Assembly (NCBI GenBank): GCA_963716395.1
Contig: OY970309.1
Span: 224,001 to 288,000, forward strand
Source of the DNA: an uncultured Fibrobacteria bacterium
GTDB taxonomy: Bacteria > Fibrobacterota > Fibrobacteria > UBA11236
DNA length: 64,000 nt
Direction of reading: 5' to 3'
Positions 10,114 to 17,763 of this stretch are shown piece by piece. The position numbers were made by a program, and so were the translations under genes. Each line of letters starts with the position of its first letter. Positions within the stretch are counted from its first letter, which is position 1. The notes under the pieces are model-generated. The model saw only the letters and a list, made by a program, of their open reading frames with translations, did no database searches and had not been told where the DNA came from.

Positions 10114-11298
10114 ATGGCCGTTCCCATTCGCACAAAAATATTATGCGTCGATGACGACCTCCATGTCGTCGAAAGCCTGGCCTTGACCCTGCACAAACGC
10201 TACGAGGTTTTGACCGCCACGAGCGGCGCCGCGGCGTTGCAAATGATCGCGAATGAAAAATTTCTTCCCGTGGTGATTTCAGATATGCGCATGCCCGGCA
10301 TGGACGGCGCGGCCTTCCTGGCCAAGGTGAAGGACTTATCCCCTTTCACCGTCCGCATGCTTTTAACCGGTCAAACAGACTTGGATTCAGCCATTGCGGC
10401 CATTAATTTCGGACAGATCTTCCGCTTCCTCGTCAAACCCATCGCGCCGCCCCTGCTCCTGCAAAGCGTGGAGGCGGCTGTGGCGCAGTATCGGCTGTTG
10501 GTGACGGAAAAAATTTTGTTGGAACAGACCCTTCGGGGCAGCATCAAGATGCTCACCGATATTCTGTCCCTGGCCAACCCCTTCGCTTTTGGACGGACGC
10601 TGCGCATCAAGAAACTCGCGCTGGATCTCGGGCAACAACTGCAACTCGAATCCAATTGGCAAATCGAGGTGGCGGCCTCGCTGTCCCATATCGGTTATAT
10701 CACGCTTCCCCAGACCACGGTGGAAAAGATCTATTACGGCCAGGCCTTGACGCCGGAAGAACAAAAACAATCCGCCGGAATCCTTGAAGTTTCCGAGCAC
10801 TTGATTTCCAGCATTCCGAGACTCGAAGAAGTCCGCGCCATTCTCCTGAATCTTGAGAAACATTTTGACGGCACCGGCCTCCCGGAGAACGGATTGGCCG
10901 GAGAACGCATTCCGCTCGGGGCGCGCATCCTGAAAATCGCGAAAGATTTCGATTTACTGGAAGTGCAGGGGCTGTCCCAATCCTTGGCCATGGAAAATTT
11001 GCGGGCGCGTCCAGGATGCTACGATCCCAAATTGCTGGAAGCTTTCGCGGAAAGGTTGGGCGCCGGCAACGAGGATTTTGAACTGCGTTCCCTGTCGATT
11101 CACGCCTTGATGCCGGGCATGAAATTCGCGGAAGAAGTAATCTCCAGCGCCGGGGCTCTGATTATTCCGCGGGAATACGAAATCACGCAAACCTTGTTGG
11201 ATAAGCTCAAAAATTACCCGGAAGGCACGATTCCGGACATGATATTGGTCAAGATTTTAAGGGAACCGGGTCCGGTTCCGTCCCAGCCTATCCGGTAA
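10114..11298 (+). CDS. response regulator, REC + degenerate HD-GYP domain
   Basis: REC (SDMRMPG). HD-GYP-like region has SHIG in place of HDIG and DGTGLP in place of DGxGYP; also ERIPLGARIL. Confidence 0.85.
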   Translation: MAVPIRTKILCVDDDLHVVESLALTLHKRYEVLTATSGAAALQMIANEKFLPVVISDMRMPGMDGAAFLAKVKDLSPFTVRMLLTGQTDLDSAIAAINFGQIFRFLVKPIAPPLLLQSVEAAVAQYRLLVTEKILLEQTLRGSIKMLTDILSLANPFAFGRTLRIKKLALDLGQQLQLESNWQIEVAASLSHIGYITLPQTTVEKIYYGQALTPEEQKQSAGILEVSEHLISSIPRLEEVRAILLNLEKHFDGTGLPENGLAGERIPLGARILKIAKDFDLLEVQGLSQSLAMENLRARPGCYDPKLLEAFAERLGAGNEDFELRSLSIHALMPGMKFAEEVISSAGALIIPREYEITQTLLDKLKNYPEGTIPDMILVKILREPGPVPSQPIR

Positions 11299-11315
11299 AA
11301 AATTCGCGGCGCACC

Positions 11316-13643
11316 CTAAAACGTTTTGCGCGTGCGCGGATTTTCTTTTTTGGGCCCGCCCTTGCCGGGAATAAGGGGCTGGTCGCGGTGGCGGTTGGCG
11401 GTGGAAATATCGACCGTGGGCGGTCGCTGGTTGTGATACTCGGGGGAACAGAATTCGGTGGGCTGATGGCCGAGGATGTAATAGTCGTCGGTGGTCAGCG
11501 GACAGAAACTGCGGGCCAAGAGCCCCGAGGTTTCGCACACGCGCTCCTGCACCACGCCCGACGGTTTGGGAAAGTCGACGAAGAAATCGACGGGCCGGGT
11601 GCCGCGCACCGCATAACGCATCAGGTCGATCCACATGGGCACGGCGTCGTCAGCGCCGGTGTTGCCCGGGCCCATGGAGGAATGGTCGTCGATACCCACC
11701 CAGATTCCCGCCGTGTAATGCTTGGTGAAGCCGATGTACCAGGCGTCGGAGTAGTCGTTGGTGGTGCCGGTTTTGCCGCCCGAGGCCCAATTGAATCCGT
11801 TGGCCCAGATGGCCGCGGCCGTGCCGTGGATGTTGACGTCGCGCAACATGGTGCACAGAATCCAGGCCGCCTCCTTGCTCAGCACTTCCTGGGTCTGCGG
11901 CGCATTGCGGTAGACGGTTTCGCCGTTGCGGTCCACGATGCGATCCACGAAATAGGGAATGGGCCGCACGCCGCCGTTGGGAAACGCGGTATAGGCCGAC
12001 GTCAATTCCAGCAAGGTGGCCTCGCAGGAGCCCACCGCCACCGAGGGCACGGCCGGCACATTGTGTTCCAGCCCGAATTTGCGCGCGTACGATACCACGG
12101 TTTGCAAGCCGAACTTCAGGCCGGTTTCGATGGCCGGAAGATTCTGTGATTTGTACAGGGCGCGGCGCATGGTCATGCGGCCCGTGAACCCGCCCTCGAA
12201 ATTGTGCGGCCGCCACACCTTGTTCGAATCCACAGGATCGGGAATGGTGATGGGCTGATCGTTGATCATATCGCCCGGGCTGGCGCCGTTGTCGACGGCC
12301 GCGGCGTAGACGAAGGGTTTGAAGGCCGATCCCGGCGAACGTACCGCCTGCAGGGCGCGGTTGTATTTGGAGATTTCGAAGCTTTCTCCGCCCACCATGG
12401 CGCGCACCGCGCCGGTGGCGTTGTCGAGCACCAGCAACGCCGCTTCGGGATGGTGGTAGCGCAACGAATCGGGGAAGCGCGGATGTTCCTTGGAGGTGTC
12501 GCCCCGCAAATAGAGCGAATCGAAACGGGGATAGTAGATGTTCCAGTAATGCACCACGGTGTCGAGCGGTTCATGCAGCAGCTTGGCCATGTTGTAGGAC
12601 CGCGCCGTGCGAAAGCGGAATTTCACATCGACCTGATGCAGATGCACGTCGAGAATGCTGTCGGCGTAGCGCTGCAACGACGAGTCCATGGTGGTGTACA
12701 CCGAAGCGCCCTGGTTGTAGACGAAGTCCTCATTCCACTTTTTCTCCATGAACTGGCGTACCGTCTCCACGAAATACGCCCCAACCTCGGCGGGAGGATG
12801 GTAAACGTGCACTTCCAGCGGAGTCTTGACGGCCCGCCTCCATTGGGCGCGCGTGATGAAGCGCTGTTCGCGCATGGCCCCCAGCACCACGTTGCGCCGC
12901 TCGCGCGATGCCTTCGGGCTCACGTCGGGCCGATAGAGTTCGGGCCGTTGCAACATGCCGGCGAGCAGGGCATACTGCTCCACCGTCAGGGAATCCAGCG
13001 GCTTGCCGAAGTACCGTTCCGAGGCGGCCGCGAAGCCGTAGGCACCGGCTCCGAGATAAACCTGGTTGCAATAAAACTCCAGGATTTCATTCTTGGTGTA
13101 GGTGCGTTCGATTTTGACGGCCATCAGCACCTCGCGTACCTTGCGGGCGATACTGCGCTCGGGCGTGAGAAAAAGGTTCTTGGCGAGCTGCTGGGTGAGC
13201 GTCGAGGCGCCGCGCACGCGATGCCCGAACAACGCGGGCAAAATCGCCGAGGGGTAGGCGGTGAGATTGACGCCCCAATGCTGGCGGAAGGAACGATCTT
13301 CGATGGCGAAAATGGCCTGTTGCAGCTTCAGCGGGATGCGCGATTCGGGGATCCAAATGCGCCGCTGGGTGTAAAACTCGTGCACCAGGGCGCCGTTGTG
13401 ATCGTAGACGTGGGTGATGAGGCTGGGTTCGATATGCTCGAGCCTGTCGAGCGAAGGCAGCGAGCGGGAGTAGTACCAGAAAACCGACAACAACGCCGCC
13501 AAACCCAACGCAGTCAGGCCCGCAAATGCGCCGATCCAACGCCAGAAGCGGGCGCGGTATTCGGGCCGCTGGAATTCAGCCCGCAGCGTTCCCGGCCACG
13601 CCAGGACAGCGCGCCACAAGGACTTCACGATTTGCAGGGGCAT
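11316..13643 (-). CDS. mrcA: penicillin-binding protein 1A (transglycosylase/transpeptidase)
   Basis: TM anchor, EDRSF, GASTLTQQLAKN, RKVRE, SAFK (SxxK), SQN, KTGT. Confidence 0.93.
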   Translation of the reverse strand: MPLQIVKSLWRAVLAWPGTLRAEFQRPEYRARFWRWIGAFAGLTALGLAALLSVFWYYSRSLPSLDRLEHIEPSLITHVYDHNGALVHEFYTQRRIWIPESRIPLKLQQAIFAIEDRSFRQHWGVNLTAYPSAILPALFGHRVRGASTLTQQLAKNLFLTPERSIARKVREVLMAVKIERTYTKNEILEFYCNQVYLGAGAYGFAAASERYFGKPLDSLTVEQYALLAGMLQRPELYRPDVSPKASRERRNVVLGAMREQRFITRAQWRRAVKTPLEVHVYHPPAEVGAYFVETVRQFMEKKWNEDFVYNQGASVYTTMDSSLQRYADSILDVHLHQVDVKFRFRTARSYNMAKLLHEPLDTVVHYWNIYYPRFDSLYLRGDTSKEHPRFPDSLRYHHPEAALLVLDNATGAVRAMVGGESFEISKYNRALQAVRSPGSAFKPFVYAAAVDNGASPGDMINDQPITIPDPVDSNKVWRPHNFEGGFTGRMTMRRALYKSQNLPAIETGLKFGLQTVVSYARKFGLEHNVPAVPSVAVGSCEATLLELTSAYTAFPNGGVRPIPYFVDRIVDRNGETVYRNAPQTQEVLSKEAAWILCTMLRDVNIHGTAAAIWANGFNWASGGKTGTTNDYSDAWYIGFTKHYTAGIWVGIDDHSSMGPGNTGADDAVPMWIDLMRYAVRGTRPVDFFVDFPKPSGVVQERVCETSGLLARSFCPLTTDDYYILGHQPTEFCSPEYHNQRPPTVDISTANRHRDQPLIPGKGGPKKENPRTRKTF

Positions 13644-13726
13644 AGCCGATTTAAAGTATCAAAGTCCGGGGGAAACGGCCGCTCGTCTTTGCTTCGCACG
13701 GCTTCCTTGCTATGTTTGCCCCCGCT

Positions 13727-13803
13727 GCGGGCGTGGCCAAACTGGATAAGGCATCTGACTACGAATCAGAAGATTCCAGGTTCGACTCCTGGCGCTCGCA
13801 CCA
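13727..13803 (+). tRNA. tRNA-Arg(ACG)
   Basis: Acceptor GCGGGCG/CGCTCGC, anticodon arm TCTGA-CTACGAA-TCAGA, T arm CCAGG-TTCGACT-CCTGG, encoded CCA. Confidence 0.97.
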
Positions 13804-13913
13804 TCTCCCGCCAAATTTCCTCCGCCATGAAAACCCCCGCCCGACGCAGGCGGTCTTAGGCGAACGGGGTGAGGCCCCGGACGCGTCGCGGAGGGTCGGC
13901 CTTGAAGACGGCA

Positions 13914-14405
13914 TCAAAAACCGTAGGCCGAATGCAATTGCTCTTCGGTGGGAAAGGTGTCGTAAAATTCGCCGCGCGGCCCTTTCCATTCGCCATTGAC
14001 GAGTTCGAGAACCACGGGCGTTCGCGATCCATTGCTGTTTTTCACCATGACGGTTTTGGTTTCCGGTTGCGCCGGGGTTGGGACCACGGTATCGGGTTCC
14101 ACTGGAGGCTTTTGCACGATCACCGTGGCTGGTTTCCGCACCACCACATAGTGAACCGGAACGACGCGGTGATACGTCGGCTGATTGTGAAATGCCATGA
14201 TCCCTGCGAACAGAAAGATGGCGCCGAAGGCTAGAAAGGCGATGGGCGCCGCATCGTAATAACTGCTTCGGTTCGGGGAGGTGTACGCCACCGCTTCGGA
14301 GCTGGCCTGCGCCTGCTGTACGGCCAGTAAACCCACGATGACCACGGTGGCCATCGGCACGGAAAATTTTCGCATCCACCCGGAAGTAAAGCTGTGAATT
14401 TGCAT
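13914..14405 (-). CDS. hypothetical exported/membrane protein
   Basis: GGGGAGG RBS, signal-like N-terminus, one TM helix, compact C-terminal domain (NSNGSRTPV...GPRGEFY...PTEEQL). Confidence 0.75.
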   Translation of the reverse strand: MQIHSFTSGWMRKFSVPMATVVIVGLLAVQQAQASSEAVAYTSPNRSSYYDAAPIAFLAFGAIFLFAGIMAFHNQPTYHRVVPVHYVVVRKPATVIVQKPPVEPDTVVPTPAQPETKTVMVKNSNGSRTPVVLELVNGEWKGPRGEFYDTFPTEEQLHSAYGF

Positions 14406-14460
14406 ACCCGCCTCCCCAGTTCTTGAGAGGAAGATATCAAGCGTTAGGACAGCCGGCCAC

Positions 14461-14501
14461 GGTTGTTACAACCCGTAATTGGAGCGTTACTATCCGTAAT
14501 T
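14461..14501. promoter_or_regulatory. phased GT(T/A)A(C/T) direct repeats, candidate OmpR-family binding array
   Basis: GTTAC 14465, GTAAT 14475, GTTAC 14486, GTAAT 14496 (10/11/10 bp spacing), upstream of the 14405 gene. Confidence 0.4.
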
Positions 14502-14601
14502 GCGGGCCCGAAATCGCCTTTTGATCCGTTACGTTCTATGCCGGGAGCCGCGCAGACGGAATGAACACCAAAGTGGCCGCCCTGCGCGCACGGCGCTTTC
14601 C

Positions 14602-15648
14602 TTAGCGTTCTTTGATCAGCCGGGTCACTTGCGTTTGCCCGCCGGAAACCCATTGCAGGAAGTAAATGCCGGCGGACAGATTCCCGCCCAAATCGGTTTG
14701 TGCGCGGGCCGACAGCCGCCGTTGCTCCCGCACGCGGCCGGAAAGATCCCGCAGCGTCAAGGCTCCGGCGGCCGATCCGGCGGCGATTCGGGTCTGGATT
14801 TGGAAGGGGTTGGCCGCCAGCCGGAAAGGTGGTGAAGTCGGGGCCGGCGCCAGGCTGCTGGCCGGTTTCTGGTAGATGCGCACGTAGTCCACCGTCATGT
14901 CGTTGGGAAACGGGGTGGTACTGTCCGGGCTTCCCGGCCAGCTCCCGCCCACGGCCACGTTGAGAATCAGATAGAAGCGCTGGTCGAAAGGCGACTCCAG
15001 GGTGGTGGAAAAGTACAGGCTGTCGTCCACATACCAGCGTTGCTGATCCGCATCCCATTCGTAGGCGAAGATGTGATAAGTGTCAGCGAAATTCCCGGAA
15101 CTTAGAGTGAGGGAGGATCCCTGCTGTTGATGCTGCCCGTTGACGGCATAATGGATGGTGCCGTAGACCTTATCGGTTTGCTGTCCGAGCAATTCCATAA
15201 TGTCCATTTCGCCGCTGGCGGGCCAAGTGCCGTAGGCGTTGTCGGTGGGCATCATCCAAATGGCCGGCCACATTCCCTGCCCATGATTCAGCTTGGCCTT
15301 CACCTCGACGCGGCCGTACAACCAATCGCCTTTGAATTGCGTGTAGAGTTTGGCCGAGGTGTAATTCCGCCCCCCCGCGCTTTGCTGGAGGGCGCGGATC
15401 ACCAAGGTGCTGTCCTGGATGAAGGCGTTCTGTGACGAATTGGAATAATATTCCAGCTCGGCATTGACTTCCGAGGGCCCGGTTTGGAAGGTCCATTTCG
15501 AAGAATCGATGGTGGGGCCGTTGAATTCATCCTGCCACACCAGATTCCAGCCGGGCTCGTTCTGGGCCTGCGCTTTTGCGATCAGCCCCAAACACGCCAA
15601 TCCGGAAATGAACGCAGCCGTTCTGAGTTCGGCCCTTCGCATCGCCAC
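14602..15648 (-). CDS. secreted GH16 beta-glucanase/laminarinase with C-terminal sorting-like domain
   Basis: Signal peptide, WQDEFNG, WPAIWM, catalytic EMDIME, NVAVGG, VDYVRIYQ; tail LSAGIYFLQW. Confidence 0.92.
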   Translation of the reverse strand: MAMRRAELRTAAFISGLACLGLIAKAQAQNEPGWNLVWQDEFNGPTIDSSKWTFQTGPSEVNAELEYYSNSSQNAFIQDSTLVIRALQQSAGGRNYTSAKLYTQFKGDWLYGRVEVKAKLNHGQGMWPAIWMMPTDNAYGTWPASGEMDIMELLGQQTDKVYGTIHYAVNGQHQQQGSSLTLSSGNFADTYHIFAYEWDADQQRWYVDDSLYFSTTLESPFDQRFYLILNVAVGGSWPGSPDSTTPFPNDMTVDYVRIYQKPASSLAPAPTSPPFRLAANPFQIQTRIAAGSAAGALTLRDLSGRVREQRRLSARAQTDLGGNLSAGIYFLQWVSGGQTQVTRLIKER

Positions 15649-15782
15649 ACCTCTTTTCCCCGGAGAACGGGATCACCCTATCCTGCCAGAAAAGGTAGCG
15701 CGGCAACGAGAAGAACCTGGGGCCATTTTGAACGATTCCACAACCGGCGATGGAATGGAAGCAATAACCACGAAATGGTTAG

Positions 15783-15905
15783 GGCCGGTACGGAGTTTCT
15801 CTCGAAAAGGCCGAGGCGTTGCACCGAACTGGTCGAGGTGACATGTCTGAGTCCGCCGCAGGCGGACGAGTTGCGCAGGCCTTGGAGTGAGAACTCCGAC
15901 CGGCC
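15783..15905. repeat. nested palindromic REP/MITE-like intergenic element
   Basis: Outer inverted repeat GGCCGGTACGGAGTTTCTC...GAGAACTCCGACCGGCC, inner AAGGCC/GGCCTT, and hairpin GTCCGCC-GCA-GGCGGAC. Confidence 0.6.
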
Positions 15906-15941
15906 TCCTCCCAGTATGGATTTTAAGCGAGTGTACGGAGT

Positions 15942-16253
15942 TTATCGCAGCATGCCTTGCAGCCCGCGCCAACCCCCGCCGTTATGCGCCGTGAATCCTT
16001 CGGCTTCCAACATACGTTTGGCCGTGGCGCTGCGCATGCCGCTGGCGCAGCAGGTGATGATGGGCTTTTCGCGGTCGAGGCGCGCCAGCCCGCCGGCCAG
16101 GTTTTGCACCGGAATGTTCAGCGAGCCCTCAATATGCCCACCGCGAAATTCATCGTGGGTCCGCACATCGACGATTTGCGCGCCTTGCCGGATGAGCGCG
16201 GCGAAGTCCACGCTTACGCCGAAGCCCAACGCTTGCTTGAACCGATCGAACAT
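15942..16253 (-). CDS. single-domain rhodanese (sulfurtransferase)
   Basis: IVDVRTHDEF, GHIEGSLNIP, active loop CASGMRS. Confidence 0.92.
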   Translation of the reverse strand: MFDRFKQALGFGVSVDFAALIRQGAQIVDVRTHDEFRGGHIEGSLNIPVQNLAGGLARLDREKPIITCCASGMRSATAKRMLEAEGFTAHNGGGWRGLQGMLR

Positions 16254-16266
16254 ACCGTAATTCCTT

Positions 16267-16725
16267 TCAAGCGGGCGCCAAGGTCTCGGGTTTGTTGGTG
16301 AAAACTATCGCTCCGTTATACCTCACGGCCCAGGTCACGGGAATGATTTTCTTCAGCATGTGGCTGACGCCGCAATACTTCTCCTGCGACAGGGTCACCG
16401 CCTCCAATGCCGCCGCCTGGTTGGCCTCCGGGCCGGCGAAGTCGTAGACGATATGCATGGCCGTATACTCGATGGGAACCCGGAGCGATAACTCACCGGT
16501 TACCTTGAGGCTGAAGCCGTCGACCGGTTTGCCGGTCTTGCGCAAATAGGCCACCACGTCCATGCCCGTGCATCCCGACAGCGCGGTGAGCAACAACGGT
16601 TTGGGAATGGGTCCGTGGTCGTCACCGCCCACGCGTTCCGCAGCGTCCATGATCACGGTGTGCCCGTCCACAGCCGCATTGAACTGCATCTTGCCCATCC
16701 ATTGCGTTTCGACTTCATGCCCCAT
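16267..16725 (-). CDS. OsmC/YhfA-family protein
   Basis: GPIPKPLLLTALSGCTGMDV...SQEKYCGV two-Cys pattern. Confidence 0.9.
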   Translation of the reverse strand: MGHEVETQWMGKMQFNAAVDGHTVIMDAAERVGGDDHGPIPKPLLLTALSGCTGMDVVAYLRKTGKPVDGFSLKVTGELSLRVPIEYTAMHIVYDFAGPEANQAAALEAVTLSQEKYCGVSHMLKKIIPVTWAVRYNGAIVFTNKPETLAPA

Positions 16726-16933
16726 GACGCACTTCCTTGCCGTTGGTGCGCAGCCCGAAGGGGAAATACAACGGGCAGAAGCGGACGACGGCCGTCAGCG
16801 CCAAAATGATGGCCACCGCCAGCAACACCAACCCCAAGACTCCCGTCACCGCATGCGTGAAATACAGCGCGACCAGCACCACCGCCGCCGCCAACCGAAA
16901 AACCCGGTCGAATTGTCCCATGTTCTTGTGCAT
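16715..16933 (-). CDS. DUF2892 (YgaP-like) small membrane protein
   Basis: KNMGxxDRxxR, two TM helices, FCPLY; AGGAG RBS. Confidence 0.9.
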   Translation of the reverse strand: MHKNMGQFDRVFRLAAAVVLVALYFTHAVTGVLGLVLLAVAIILALTAVVRFCPLYFPFGLRTNGKEVRHGA

Positions 16934-16980
16934 GACATTCTCCTTGTTGACTCAAGTATAGGCCCGGGAAGGAAGGTCTT

Positions 16981-16998
16981 CAGTCACATCGGTTACAG
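16981..16998. promoter_or_regulatory. candidate Crp/Fnr-type operator
   Basis: Imperfect palindrome GTCAC-N4-GTTAC about 50 nt upstream of DUF2892, overlapping the regulator's stop codon. Confidence 0.45.
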
Positions 16999-17643
16999 TT
17001 CTCCCAGCAGCTTGATTTCGTTGCGGTACAGCAGCACCTTGCCGTCGCGCTCCAGTTTTTTCAACAAGCGCGAGATTACCACGCGCGCCGTGGCCAGCTC
17101 CTGCGCGATCTGCTCATGCGACAGGCGGATGAGGCTCGATCCCGAGGCCCGGGATTTTTCGCGCAAAAAGGCGGCTAGGCGCTGATCGAGGTTCTGAAAG
17201 GCGATGAGGTCGATGGTCTTGAGCAATTCGTTGAAGCGGTTGCGAATGGTTTGCATGACGAAGCTTTTCCACGTGGGGTACCTCGCCAGCCACTCGTCCA
17301 TCACCGCATTGGGCATGGCCAGCATTTCGACGTCTTCTTCGGCCACGGCCCGAATCTCGCTGACCTGATCCTGCATGCAGCAGGTGAACGTCATGGCGCA
17401 GCTTTCGTCGGGATTGACGTAATACAGAAACAATTCGCGCCCATCTTCTTCCAGCCGCGAAACCTTAACCAGCCCCGAAAGAATAAGCGGCATCTGCGTG
17501 ATGGGCTGCCCCATGTCGAGAATGGTTTCACCGGCCTGGACACGCAGTCGCCGGGCCTGCGCCAACTCCTCCAGCAGTTTCGGTTCGAATACTGGGCGAA
17601 AATGTTCCCGGATATCCATGCCGGTGAAACTAATTTTGTTCAC
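16993..17643 (-). CDS. Crp/Fnr family transcriptional regulator
   Basis: cNMP-like domain (GRELFLYY, CAMTFTCC) and HTH SHEQIAQELATARVVISRLLKKLE. Confidence 0.92.
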   Translation of the reverse strand: MNKISFTGMDIREHFRPVFEPKLLEELAQARRLRVQAGETILDMGQPITQMPLILSGLVKVSRLEEDGRELFLYYVNPDESCAMTFTCCMQDQVSEIRAVAEEDVEMLAMPNAVMDEWLARYPTWKSFVMQTIRNRFNELLKTIDLIAFQNLDQRLAAFLREKSRASGSSLIRLSHEQIAQELATARVVISRLLKKLERDGKVLLYRNEIKLLGEL

Positions 17644-17763
17644 AAGGGTCTCCGGTAGCCGAAGGCGATTCTGAGAGGTACCCTTTTAAACGCACCTGAC
17701 CATTCCAGCATGCCGCCGATGCGCCCCCCAGATTCAGACCACCGACCCTCCCTTCCGGCTTCC

